From: Vicugna vicugna
Taxonomy: Eukaryota
Direction of reading: 5' to 3'
Assembly: GCA_013265495.1 (NCBI GenBank)
Contig: MU058449.1
Coordinates: 606,176-670,175 of the forward strand
DNA length: 64,000 bases
Below the pieces are notes generated by a model. The model saw nothing but the letters and a program-made list of their open reading frames with translations. It was not told where the DNA came from and did not search any database. This document shows, in pieces, positions 51,869 to 64,000 of the stretch. Within the stretch, counting starts at the first letter, position 1. Each line of letters opens with the position of its first letter. The translations under genes and the position numbers were made by a program.

Positions 51869-54649
51869 ATATCTACTAACACAACTACTATTCAGCATTT
51901 TATGAAACAGTCTTAGTAAATGAAAAAGACAAATAAATAAAAGGAGATAGAGTTACCTTTGAAAAGAAACAAAAATGTATTTAGGTTTTAGTTGATTTTT
52001 TACTTGAAAAATCCAAAAGAATAGACTGCACAGTCTTAAAGTAGAGTCTACCAAAGTGATTGCATAGATCAGTGTCACAAATTAATAGCTTTTTCTGTTC
52101 ACAAAAATTAAACAACACTGATGAAATTTTATAAAAATAAGGATTTATTTACAATAGCCAGAAAACTGTAGAATACATTGGTATAACAAAAGTTTGTGTT
52201 TGGCAGAGATAGGGGAGGTCTTTTCAAATTTACTAAAGAACATAAAGTCCTTTATTCCTTTCCTGAAAATAATAATGAATACTCAATAGTGAAAATATGT
52301 GAATTCTCCCATTAACCCTGTCATAATTTCAAATCATTATCAATCAATAACATACAATCATTTTCAGTGAATAGTGACAGATGGGTTCTAAAATGTATTA
52401 GGTTCTAAATGTGAAAATATATTCAGTATATTAGAAAACAAAAAAGAGAAGTGATATCCTTTAATATATCAAAATGTAATATAAAGTTATTATAATGAAC
52501 AAAATGTAATATCAAAGTTTTAAAAATATATATCTCCAGAAAAGAGTAGTATTTCTAAAATGTAAATAAAGGTAAAGAATAAAATGACAATGACATCTTA
52601 TATCAATAGAAAAAAACCTGATATGTGATAAATAATGCTCGATCAATTGGCTAACAATTTATAAGAATATAAAAAAACACTATTTCACATGTCTCTGCAT
52701 TTGGATTAAGAATTTCAAGGCCAAAAAAAAAGCTATAATAATAATAGAATAAGTAAGAGAAATGCTTTTATGGTATTTTTTTTAGGGAGTGCCTTCTTTA
52801 AGAAGATGAAATCAAAGTGATTAAGTAAAATATTGATACAGAACACTACGTCAACTTAAATACAACTGATTACAAAGATATGTGTAAACAAACTAAGAAA
52901 TACAAGATGCCACATATGCATTAGAAGGTAGAAGGCAAGATCAAAGAACACTCCTGCATCTGCTTCAGTCTAGATTGTGTATCTATTGTTTAATTGATGA
53001 CAGCCTATGGTTGGATAGATGGTGAGAGAGCTGGGAAGAGGAATAATAACAGTAAATAAATTTGTACACCCAGAGGTTTTGGTCATGAAGGGAATGGGGG
53101 ACATTAGGATGTATTATTCTGACCCAGCATATTAATAAAGATAAAGGCAAAAGTCCTTGTTTCTAAACTAACATTGAGGAGAGGTAGGACCTTAGTAAAC
53201 TATTCCCATCTAAGATTGCTCATCTGTAACCCTTGGACTTATACAAGTATCCCTGGTCTGTGTATATCCAGTGGTTTCTGTGATAGTTAATTGCCAAGAT
53301 GTGTTTGAAGTACTTCTTTCTAAACATAAAAAGTTTCTATTAAGAGTGCTATTTGAACGCTTAGATATGAGGATCTAGTACAAAGATGGAGCTGATGCCA
53401 AGTGAAAGAACTCAGAAAATAGAAAATAAGAAAGTACAGAAATCAGTTAAAATTAAAAGCTGAGTGAAACAACAATAAAATATACAACAAATATCAAATT
53501 TGGGCCACACAGAATCACAGCAATCCACTCCCTTTCCTTGACATAACTGACTTTGATGCTTTCTCCTGTAGAGAAATATTTGTTTGTAAACGCCTTGCTG
53601 ATGTCTGACTTCATTCGCACAACTTCAACTTGAGCCTGTCACTCTGAACCCCTCTTCCTGATATCTACTCCTCTACCTCTGATTTACAGTCCTTTTGCCT
53701 CCCCTCTTCCTGTCCCCCCTCTGCTCTATCCCTTGCCCTCCAGGTTGGCTTTCATCAGTCCTTCTCCTTGGTCTCCTTTCTGGTTCTAGCATCTTACCTG
53801 CTTCCCAACAGAGGGAGACTTGTCCTTTCCACTACCACCCTGCCAAGTATGTAGTGGGTGGCTCTTGGATATGGCCTTCTGAGGAGCCCAGCATGTGAGT
53901 CAGCCCTGCTGCCAAGAGACCCTTGGGGCTTGGAGAGAATATAATCAGATGACCGGCGAGCAGCATAATCCTAGAGGTAAAGACTAGAATTTCCCAGGAG
54001 ACTCACCGCACTAGAATGAAGCAGGTCTAAATAATATGTTTCCCATCTCCTTTTTAATTATTTTACGATCTTTGTAGAATATCCATGAATATATAAACAT
54101 TTTTTCCCCATTAACTTTAGATTCTATTCACTGCTATGCAGGAAATACCCTTACACCTCTCTCCTTTCTCCATCCCCAAATTTTCGTCACCTACAGTGTG
54201 ATTATTTCCCTGAATAGGTATATAAATTTACGTATAGCCTTCTAGCTGTGATTAAATATAACATAGTTGTGTTTCAGTTGTTTGAACTTTAAAGCAAATA
54301 AATTTTGATTGAAATATGATTAGATAAACACTACTTAACACAGAATCTAGAATACTTGGTGTGACTTGAAAAAAGAATGACATATCATTCTACATCACTA
54401 AACACATGTCATTGTAAGACAAGGCATCCTTTCAACAAAATAAAATCAGTTCTTTCCTTTTTCTCATTCAGTTGTCCATATTTACATTAAATTTCTGTCT
54501 AATTTACACTGGACCATGGTTTTCTGGGACAAATTTCTGTTTTCTCTGGAGTTCAAATTCTCTTCCATTCTGTCCCCTCACAGGATACAGACAAGCTTTC
54601 TATACCATCTCACCAATGCCTTACTGTCTTTATTGGTAATGGTAATTAA

Positions 54650-54790
54650 TTGCTTGCAAAATTTAATGAGCATACAAATAACCTCAAGATCTTGTTAAAA
54701 TGAAAATTCTAATTCAGAAGGTCTGGGATGGAATCTGAATCCTGAATTTCTGACACTGTGTCTGCTTTGAAGTCATATTTTGTGCAAGAC
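54650..54790. mobile_element. MER5A-like hAT DNA transposon remnant
   Basis: gatcttgttaaaatgaaaattctaattcagaaggtctgggatgg...tttctgaca. Confidence 0.6.
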
Positions 54791-55479
54791 TTTAATATAT
54801 TATGCATTTTTCAAGGCGTTGGATGCGTCCCTGAGATTACATGACACCTCTGAGTAGTTTCTACTTGATTATGAATTGTTATCTATTGTTGAACTTTATT
54901 GGATATCTGCTTCATTTTGCTGAAGCGCATAATCCAATTTTATTCAGAAAAAAATGGATGTGTTGCATAAATGATACATTTTCTGTGTGTTCCTACCTAT
55001 CTAAAATCTTCCTCTCTCTCTCTCTTTTTCTTCCTTTAATACTTCATTAATAGGTTGGCTGGATATAGAATTGTTAGGCTTTAAATAGTTTTCTCTGAAC
55101 GTTTTAAGGTTTAGCTTAATGTAGTGAAATAAGACTAGAGATAAAATTCTGGTTCTGTATGTCTACTTTGTAAAACCTTAAACCTTTCTGTGCCTTGGTT
55201 TCTGTACCTGTAAAGTAAGGGTGCTGATAAACTACTTCATTCGGTTGTTGTAGAGAATACATAAATATATAATTTTTAAACCTTTAGAGCCAACCTGGAG
55301 TGTAGAAATTATTAAACAAATCTCACCTACTCATTACTAGGCCTGAGTAGACTAAAGCTAAACTTAGTAGCTTTCCTTTGCGTATGATCTTTCCCCTATT
55401 TTAAAGCTCCATCCTTTATCCTTGGCACTTTGAAATTCCACAGTGTTATTTCCACAAATACTTTTGTTCTAGTTCTTTA

Positions 55480-56450
55480 CTTTTTTCCCTTCTTTACTGA
55501 GTAGTATTTTATTGATACGTGTTGCAAAATTTGTTTAACTAATCTCCAACAGACAGATTTTGAGTTTCCAGGTTTTAGCTGTTACATATACAGCTACTAC
55601 AAACGTTCTCTGACATTTTTGATGTAAATATAAATCATTTATTTGGGGTATGCGACTTGAAGTGGAACTGCTTGGTCAAAAAGATGCTCAACTTTATTAC
55701 AAATTGCCAAAAAGATTCCTGATGTGGCTGTACTCAGTGCATGAATGCTCCAACTGCCCCACATTTTTTTGCCAATACTTAGTGTTGTCAGTGTATTGCA
55801 TTTTAGTTATTCTAATGACTTTATATTGGTATCCCATTGTGGTTTGAATTTTCATTTCTCTAATGAATAATAATTTCAAGCACCTTTTCATACATGCATT
55901 AGACATTCATTTATTTCTCTTTAATGAAATGCCTCTTTAAATCAGAAGCTTAAAATTTTAATGAGAGCTTTGTCTCTCTATTAATTATGGGATTTTGTTT
56001 TTCAGATCTGTGCATTGTGAATATTTTCTTCATCTGTGGCTTTTATATCTTTTGATAGTAGTAGGTTGCTTTTTATTTTCATGAAGTTCAGGGGGTTTTT
56101 TTCTTTAAAATCCCTTTTGTGTCCTGTCTGTAAAATCTTTGCTTTCTTCAAGTTCATGACAATATTATCTTAGTTTTTTTCTTTGGAATCTTTATAGTTT
56201 TATCTTTCAAATTTAGGTTTATGTTATATCTCAATAAAGATTTTTTTTACATTGAGGTAGGAGTGAAGGTTTATTTTGTTTTTCATACAGATATCCAATT
56301 GTTCCAGCCCCAAAAAGATATTTTCCTGTCACTGAAGTGCATGGATTTATCTGTTGAGAATCAATTAATTATGTTTGGGACTATTTCAGTTTTCTTTATA
56401 ATTTTTTTCAACAATGTATTGATCTATCCTTACATAAATACAAGGTAACT
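55480..56450 (-). mobile_element. Old L1 remnant
   Basis: Minus-strand peptide MKRCLKLLFIREMKIQTTMGY resembles the ORF2 C-terminus. Confidence 0.7.
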
Positions 56451-56605
56451 CCTAGGATATGTGATACCCTAGGCAAATATATCCTTAGGGTTCCCATCTA
56501 GATGAACAGTTTCATTAGAACTATATTTAAAAATCCACTGGCTCATGTTATATGAATTATTTATGGATGATTATTTAGAATAATGGAAAAAATACATTTA
56601 TTATT

Positions 56606-57045
56606 ATATTAGTTTATGAGAGCTACTGTAATAAAGTACCACAAACTGGTTTAAACAACAGAATTTATTATGTCACAGTTTGGGGGCTTAGAAGTCCAAG
56701 ATTAAGGTATGAGCAGGGCTGATACCCTCTGTCAGCTGTGAAGGAAAATCTGTTCTTTGCCTCTCTTCCTAGCTTTTAGTGATTTGCTGGTAATCTGGGC
56801 TTATAAACACATTACCTTGATCTCTGCCTTCATGTCTACACTCCATTCCCTTTGTCTGCGTATCTGTGTCCAAATTTACCCTTTTTATAAGGACAGCAGT
56901 CATTGGATTAGGAACCCACTCTACTCCAGTATGACCTCTTCTTAATTAATTATGTCTGCAATGACCCTATTTCCAAACGAGGTCACATTCTGAGGTTCTG
57001 GGGGTTAGAACATCAACATATGAATTTTGGGGTGGTGCAATACTG
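56606..57045 (-). mobile_element. MLT1 (B/C-like) LTR
   Basis: tattagtttatgagagctactgtaataaagtaccacaaactgg...aggtcacattctgaggttctgggggttagaacatcaacatatgaattttgggg. Confidence 0.85.
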
Positions 57046-57059
57046 TGATTTCTCATATA

Positions 57060-57475
57060 GTAGCATTACTGAGAATTGTAGCCCTGGATAAAGCCTCTCA
57101 GCTCTGAGGAACTGTTTTAGGAGGTAAAGGAGAAGCCAGTATATATAGTTTTTGCTGAAACAACAACAACAACAACAAAAACAACCATGTAGTCGAACAT
57201 CAAAAGATTACCGCTAGTCACAAAGAACAGGTATCTCAAGTTCATGACTTTAGTGCCTGACTATGTATGGGAAGATGCAAGATTCTGGACTAATTGAAAT
57301 TATTCTTTGCTATGCGTCTTAACTGTCTAGGGCCAGTATCCTGTTTTTCTCTTTCCAAATTGCCCTCAGGGTACATCTTAGTAGTACCGAGGAGGTGGAC
57401 TGCATTGACTGATGGCTTAATGGCAGACAACATTCTTTGTTTACCGAAATGAAAGGCAACATTTTTTTGTCCACC
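57060..57475 (-). mobile_element. ERV1 LTR, cetartiodactyl MER41-like
   Basis: tatgtatgggaagatgcaaga...gggccagtatcctgtttttctc...cctcagggt...ctttgtttac..aaatg..aggcaacatttt resembles recalled MER41_BT-type LTRs. Confidence 0.6.
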
Positions 57476-59149
57476 TGTATCAGTGACCTTGCTCTCACAG
57501 AGCCCTGGTATCACACTAGATATGTATATTTCATGCAAATAATTATTCATACTTGCACATGTATATAAATTATACACATACATCCTAAAACAAATCTAGT
57601 CCTTTGCACACATATATACTAATATCTCTCAGTATACACATTAACACACATGATAAATGAACACTTCCGCATTGTGCAAAATATCCCTTCAATCGTAAAT
57701 ATACATACTCTGACTAACAATAAAATACATGCAGACAGATAAACTTACGTTCATGTAATCTCAACAACATACATTCTTAAACATGCATTCAAACCCCATG
57801 CTTGTGTATTTGTGTGTACGATGGAAAGAGAAAACTTAGGGTTAATGCTTCCATCTTTGGCCCCCAGTCTCAGAGGAAGCCAGTTTGAGTGTGAGGCACT
57901 GGGACCTAGGAGGAGGGAGAAAATTAATGCTTGGGGGAAGGGAAAGGCTAGACTTGAACAGGATTTTAAATAGGCTCTAATGGATGGTCTCTGCTAAAAG
58001 CTGAATCCCAGGAGCAATTTAGAGCTACTTGTGGTCATGTTGGACTTGATGAGAGATGAAGCAGTGCCGACACGACAGTTAGTGGTTCTCTGTACCTCAT
58101 TATCTCTCATCTCCGCCCATCCCAGAGAGCAGTAGGACTCACAGAGGCTTCCAGGAGCTGGAACACAAGGTGTGCAGAGTGCATAACTGCCTGACTCACT
58201 GGGGGCTCCAGGTACAGGGACCCATGACTGCTGAGCTTCATCCTGAGATGGGAAAAAGATTTGCTGTTTGTACTGTGTCTTCCAGGGACACTCTAGAAAA
58301 GCAGGAAGACTGCCCCCATACACAATCCTTCTATGAAGGAGGTTGGGTCTGAACCCTGCTCCTGCATTATTGTTCTATGCCTTAGTATTAGATACCCCAA
58401 AGTAAGAAAACAGTCTAATTTTCCCTGAGGCTATTCCTTAGCAAGATCTCAACTCATCTTACTCTTTATCCCTTCAGGCTTGAACAACGTGGATTGAACT
58501 GATGGGTATTTTCCACATAATGAATGCTTTGGAAGACACTAGATTGCATGGGAAGGCAGAATAAAGTGCAGAGAGGAAAGAGAGATATCTCTCCAGGGCC
58601 CCCATCTCCCACTTCAGATTTGGTTCTCAGGTTAGCTCTATTTCTCCCTTGTCTTCCAAGAAAGAAAATCTGAAGAGTGGAAAATCAGAATGGTATGAGG
58701 CATCTCTTACGGGGAGGCTTTTGGTTTGTGAAAAGGCTATTGGAGAGCCTGAGATATAGATGAAGCAGGGAAGAGAAACTGGCTTTGTAGAGGGGCTGCT
58801 TATCTGAGTAGCTGAACCCTGGTTGGGAAGAGATTCACCACCGCAAAAAGTGTTTGGAGAACAGGTGAGTTCTCTATTCAGGCTCTGGGCAGAGGCCAAT
58901 AAAGATGCCATCCTAGAAAAAGTAGCCTATACCCAGAGATGCTAGAAGACCAACCTGGACAGAGGCATCCAGTCCAATGACGTAGCAGGTGTTCCAGGTT
59001 CAAATGCAGATTTATCTGTAATGCAGTATATAATTTTGGAGGTCTCCTCTGTATTTGCCTTTTTTCATGATAGGGCAACAGTCTCTGTTTTACACAACCA
59101 GAGTGAGTATTCCAGAATGATTGTTCCAGTCAGTCATTTTCTACCAGAG

Positions 59150-59350
59150 ATAGTGGTGAGTACCACTAATAGCACTGGCTGTAGAGTTATGCACTTGGCA
59201 CTAAGTTATTAGGTGGTCTTGGGCAAATCATGTAACTGTTCTAAGCTCTATTCTCCTCATTGTAAAATAAGGATGCAGAGGCTTTGTGAGAGTTAGAAAC
59301 AACAAAATGTAGAAGCGTATAGTGTTATATCTACAAAAATAGCAATATCT
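59150..59350 (+). mobile_element. MIR SINE remnant
   Basis: tcttgggcaaatcatgtaactgttctaagctctattctcctcattgtaaaataagg. Confidence 0.65.
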
Positions 59351-60384
59351 TCCAGAATTTATCAAAGAGATTATTAAGCACTTTGATAAATTGTGTCTTT
59401 AGCCAATATCTTTACCAGTGCCCAGTGCAGGAGTGAGTACGGTCCAAGTATGCTTTTCCAGGTACCCCTGAGCCTCAGTGACTATATCCTCACAAGTGGA
59501 GGGTGACATATAGGAGGCAAAAAGGAGGGAGGGAGGGAAGCTCTGGCTCAAACAGAATTTATGACTGTTCGGGAAGACCAACACAGGCAGAAGAGGATAA
59601 AACAAAACCCTAGTCCCCAGATAATGTGTGTGTTGCTGAATTTTCACCATACCTTAGATGGGAGTATTTGTTTTGAGCAAACCAATAGCTATTATCTAGG
59701 TAGGATGGTAAAGTTTCCAATTGAGATCAAGACTTATAAGGTCTGAACTTCATTTTTCTCACAACATTATAAATCTAGGGAAAATCAGAAAAGGGCTAGA
59801 TTTATTTAGAATCTTAAAGAAACCGGTTTCTTTTTAGAAACTATTGAGTCTGGTTGCATGAAACATTTGTCTGTACCCAGAGGTGATTTGTTAAAGAGGA
59901 TTTGAAAAGATACTCTTCTTGGCTCCGTGTTTTTTTATTAAGGAGGTAAGAATTAATGCTTTCAAACAAAGGCTCAAGTCAGCTAAGATTAAGTAGTGAA
60001 AAGATGGGTAAGATCCAGGTGAGTTTTTTTATCATTGACCCTGAGATGCACAATGGTCACCAGCGGGGTCAGACAGGAGGATCAGTCCATGGAATGCAAA
60101 TACTGGCAGAGGCTGAAGTTCGCAAAGTCATTCACTGGCCAGTAGGGCAACCGCTAGGGTGAGAAATGGACGTAACTGTCTTGCGGGCCTCGTGTCAAAG
60201 TGGAGGGCGCTGTCAGGACATGATAAGATATGGTTAAGTGGTTAATGAGTCCATTCCTACTGAATAACGGCCTTTTGTTATTACTTCAGCAAACATTTAT
60301 TAAACTCCTATTCAGTGCAAAGCACAGCAGTGCTAGGAAGAATGAATGGCTCAGGGTTGACTTCATGAAAATTTATCATATAGG

Positions 60385-60570
60385 ACAAGGGTACAGAGAC
60401 TGAGCCTGCAGGCCAAATCCCATTTGCAGCCTGTTTTGTAAACAAAGTTTTATTGGAACACAGCCTCACTCACACATTTACATATTGACTATGGCTGCTT
60501 TCACGCTACAGTAGTTAATAAGCTGACCAGATGCAGCAAAGACTGTACGGCCCACGAGTTTGGCCAGTCA
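60385..60570. mobile_element. MER58A hAT DNA transposon
   Basis: ggccaaatcc...gcctgttttgtaaacaaagttttattggaacacagcc...ctatggctgctttcacgctaca. Confidence 0.8.
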
Positions 60571-61668
60571 GTTATCTTCCAGCCAAAATCCACACGATAA
60601 CTGTCTTAGAGTCAAAACTACCCAAATGTCACTAAATACACAGCCATGAACCTTTAAGCCAAAGTGTTTTTCAAACTGACTTCCTACCCTGAAAAATTGC
60701 CCAAAGGTTTTGTTGTTGTTTTGTTTAGTTTTGTTTAATTCAGACGCAGGAGGCCACAGCATAGACCCTGTTGTTTTACATCTCTAACTGTCTCATCTGG
60801 ATGTCTGTCTTTGTATCTATGTGTATTTCTCTATGGAAGGGGACAAGGGGACTCTTCTGTAAAAATCTGAAACACATTCAGATTGTGAACACCTACAATA
60901 CTGGTCAGTCCAAGTGTGGCTGTGAAGTCCCAAGAAAGAGAGGGCACATGGGGTTAAGGCCTGACCCAGACTCTAACCAGCCCCACCTCCCCAAGGTCAG
61001 CCAGCCCTGCAAGGATAGAAAGGGAAGGCACAGTCTAGCCCTCCTCCAGGGGACTTCTAGGAGACAGTGGGGTCCCTGGCTTTGGGAGTCTCAGAGCCCA
61101 TCAGCAGGGAGATGCTGGGAGATGATTATCCCCCTTGGAGATGTAGGAGCCCTCTCCCAGCTAGAAGAGCACAGGCAAGTTGCTGTTCCCCACACCTACG
61201 GAGCCCAGGTCCACTAGGAACGGGTTCCTCAGCGTTGTGTAATACACCAACTCCTTCTCTGAGTCACGGATTCCCAAGGGATGAAAGGACCTATGGGAAA
61301 GGTTAAACACATCAGTTGTTAGTTCTAAACAGAGTGAAAGGAAAAGAATTACCACAACATCATTTAGATGGTTTTCCTTTAGCAGATTCTACTTTCAAAA
61401 AAATATTGATTCTTGTAAAATATTGCACTTGTAGCTAGTATGTTTTGAAGGACGTGAATATGAATAAATAAAGAATAGCGTCATTTTATATTGTGAAATT
61501 TTATTTATTAAAATAGTTGAAATGATTCTTGTTTACCATTAAACCTGGTTGCCTACTATTCAATTATTCCATCCAAAAGATTATAAACAATAACAATGAT
61601 TTATTTTTTTATTATCATCTGCAAAGAGTAGGTTACCTTCCCAATGGAGAAAAATTAACCATCCTGTG

Positions 61669-62613
61669 ATGTTGGCTTCAGGGAACAGCTCTTCTCATCC
61701 TGTGTCCTTCATCCTGCTTGGGATTCCAGAACTCGAGGAGTCTCAATTTTGGATTGCCTTTCCATTCTGTGTCATGTATGTTGTGGCTACAGTGGGCAAT
61801 ATCACTGTCCTTCATATAATCCGAACTGATCACACATTGCACGAGCCCATGTACTTCTTTCTGGCCATGCTAGCTATTACTGACCTGGTCCTCTCCACTT
61901 CCACCCAACCTAAAATGCTTGCCATACTCTGGTTTCACACTCATGAGATTGAGTACCATGCCTGTCTCATCCAGGTGTTCTTCATCCACGCATTTTCTTC
62001 TGTAGAGTCTGGGGTGCTCATGGCTATGGCCTTGGACCGTTATGTGGCTGTCTGCCTCCCACTCCGTCACTCTAGTATCCTGACTCCATCTGTAGTGGGT
62101 AAATTGGGGGCAGTTGTGATGATGAGAGGGCTGCTGTGGGTGAGTCCTTTCTGCTTTATGGTTTCCAGGATGCCGTTCTGCTCTAACCAGATCATTCCGC
62201 AGTCCTACTGTGAGCACATGGCTGTGCTGAAGTTGGTGTGTGCTAATACTAGAGTAAGTCGTGCATATGGGCTCTTTGTGGCCTTCTCTGTGGTTGGCTT
62301 TGATATGATTGTCATCAGTGTATCCTATGTGATGATTTTGAGAACTGTGCTGTGGTTGCCCTCCGGTGGGGCCCGGCTCAAGGCTTTTGGCACATGTGCT
62401 TCCCATATCTGTGTCATCTTGGCTTTTTATATCCCGGCCCTCTTTACGTTCCTCACCCACCGCTTTGGACATCATGTGCCCCGTGTGGTACAAGTCTTGT
62501 TGGCTAATCTCTATGTACTGGTACCTCCCATGCTTAACCCCATCATCTATGGAGTTAGAACCAAACAGATCAGGGACAGGGTTATTCAAGGATGTTGTAG
62601 AAAAGACCCCTGA
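61669..62613 (+). CDS. OR52R1: Olfactory receptor 52R1, intact, 314 aa
   Basis: Intact ORF (ATG at 61669). LASGNSSSHPVSFILLGIP, STQPKMLAI, GLLWVSPFCFMVSRMPFC, SYCEHMAVLKLVC and DRVIQGCC match recalled human OR52R1. Confidence 0.93.
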   Translation: MLASGNSSSHPVSFILLGIPELEESQFWIAFPFCVMYVVATVGNITVLHIIRTDHTLHEPMYFFLAMLAITDLVLSTSTQPKMLAILWFHTHEIEYHACLIQVFFIHAFSSVESGVLMAMALDRYVAVCLPLRHSSILTPSVVGKLGAVVMMRGLLWVSPFCFMVSRMPFCSNQIIPQSYCEHMAVLKLVCANTRVSRAYGLFVAFSVVGFDMIVISVSYVMILRTVLWLPSGGARLKAFGTCASHICVILAFYIPALFTFLTHRFGHHVPRVVQVLLANLYVLVPPMLNPIIYGVRTKQIRDRVIQGCCRKDP

Positions 62614-62789
62614 GTCAAGCAGCACAGAGCCTCAGCCACCCCATTTGCCCCACTGATCTGGGGACATAAATGCAGAAAGTCTGCCAGGCTGTCACACATT
62701 GTCACAAAGTCATCTCTGTGACCAACTGGCTTAGAGGTCAGCAACCCTCCTGAAGCAAGAGGAACAATTCTCACGATACCCAGAACAAG

Positions 62790-63420
62790 AATTCTCTAAG
62801 AGAAGTGATTAATAATGGATGGAAAGTTGACCTACGTTCATTAGCACAAGAAGATGGTAAAAGACATATTCACCTATCAAATTAGTGAAGATTTGAAAAG
62901 AATATCATATTCCACAGACCGCTAAGGTGAAAAATTATTTCTACATTGTTGGTAGAAGTATAAGTTGGTATACCTTGTTATAAAGGAATTAAGATATTTC
63001 CATTAACACAGTTTAAAAGTCATATATTTCCCCCATCTTTATTTCTGTATAAAAATAGAGTTTTAGAAAAAATATACAAAGACATGTAAAGACCCATAAT
63101 TTATAAAAAAAGGAAAACATTTAAATATCAATCTATAAGAAACCAGATGAAGTAATGAGCAATTGAATGTCATATATCATGCAACTGCTACATTTGCAAA
63201 AAGTATCTCGAGATGTGAAAATGATCAAGATACAATATGAAATTTTAAAAATTGCCCATACAGCTGATGCCAATTCTAAAAAAGGAATATATATGCATAG
63301 AAAAAGTTTTGGAAAATACATCCTAATTCTAAAAATAGCTAATAGTAGTAGTGAGATTTGTTCTATTTTAATTTGCTTTTGCACCTTTATATATTTTTAA
63401 AAATTATCCTTAATTGATGT
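62790..63420 (+). mobile_element. Old L1ME-type 3' remnant
   Basis: ttcacctatcaaattag...acattgttggtagaagtataagttggtatacc. Confidence 0.5.
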
Positions 63421-63859
63421 TTAATTTCAGTATGAGAAAAAGTAATTGAAATAACAACACAAGTGTGCAGAAGAGGTTCATTCCATGCTGAAGCCTAACA
63501 GAGTGCAGTGGGCATTCTGAGAGCAGGAGGAACTCTGGAATAAATTTCAGAAAAGTTTGAAAATCTAGATGTAAAATTGCTGCCAGAGTCACAACTTCTT
63601 GAGACTATTAACAGAGAGAATTAAGTAAGCTAAATGGTGGTCTCTCTTGACATAATTTGATTCCCTGGTGACAATGAATTTCAAATGAAGAAGTTTTCAA
63701 AAAGAATAAGGAAAAAGAGTCTCCTCTGAAGATAACTATATCATGTGGTTAAACTTCATAAGAAAGTCACTAGAAATTTTATTATTTGTTAATATTCAAT
63801 TTCCTTTTAAATTAAAAATTTAACCTGTTTTAGAAAACTACATATCCTTCCTTTATTGT

Positions 63860-64000
63860 TTTTTTTGCTTTTTCAACTTTATTGAGCTGTACTTAACATG
63901 CAAGTAGTTGCACATATTTAATGCATACATTTTAATGAGTTTGAACATACGTATACACCCAATACCATCAGCACAAGCAAGATAATAAACGTGTCTATCA
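63860..64000 (-). mobile_element. L1MB/MC-type 3' end (runs off window)
   Basis: T-tract then caactttattgagctgtacttaacatgcaa...atgagtttgaacatacgtatacaccc. Confidence 0.65.

Larger units (their letters stand above)
50190..52870 (+). mobile_element. Old L1 ORF2 remnant hosting nested insertions
   Basis: A-rich sense L1 motifs (caacttaagatgctagaaaaa; aaattaatagctttttct; tttacaatagccagaaa), interrupted by MER20, a short L1 tail and an LTR. Confidence 0.65.

Noticed and set aside
61870..62625. 251-aa antisense ORF over OR52R1
   Set aside because: Shadow of OR codon usage on the opposite strand; no recognisable domain.

Overview
Mammalian genomic DNA from the class I (family 51/52) olfactory receptor cluster. 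A Vic-1-type tRNA-derived SINE suggests a camelid, which is an inference. There are six single-exon OR loci: an OR51H1-like pseudogene (+), an intact OR51H-family gene (-), OR51S1 (+), a truncated OR51A-type pseudogene (-), OR51F2 (-, open frame but with suspicious substitutions) and OR52R1 (+). Gene names come from recalled human orthologue sequences, not from a search. The rest is AT-rich intergenic DNA dense in L1, L2, MIR, MaLR/ERV1 LTRs, an ERVL internal remnant and hAT DNA transposons, with one 107-N assembly gap. I cannot support a wholly new biological system. The best leads are a ~235 bp CpG micro-island carrying CTCF and NRF1 motifs (~23.1 kb), an Ebf/homeodomain motif cluster between two convergent OR genes (~11.8 kb), loss of key conserved residues in the open OR51F2 frame, and a candidate L1 3' transduction. 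Boundaries of old repeats are approximate.
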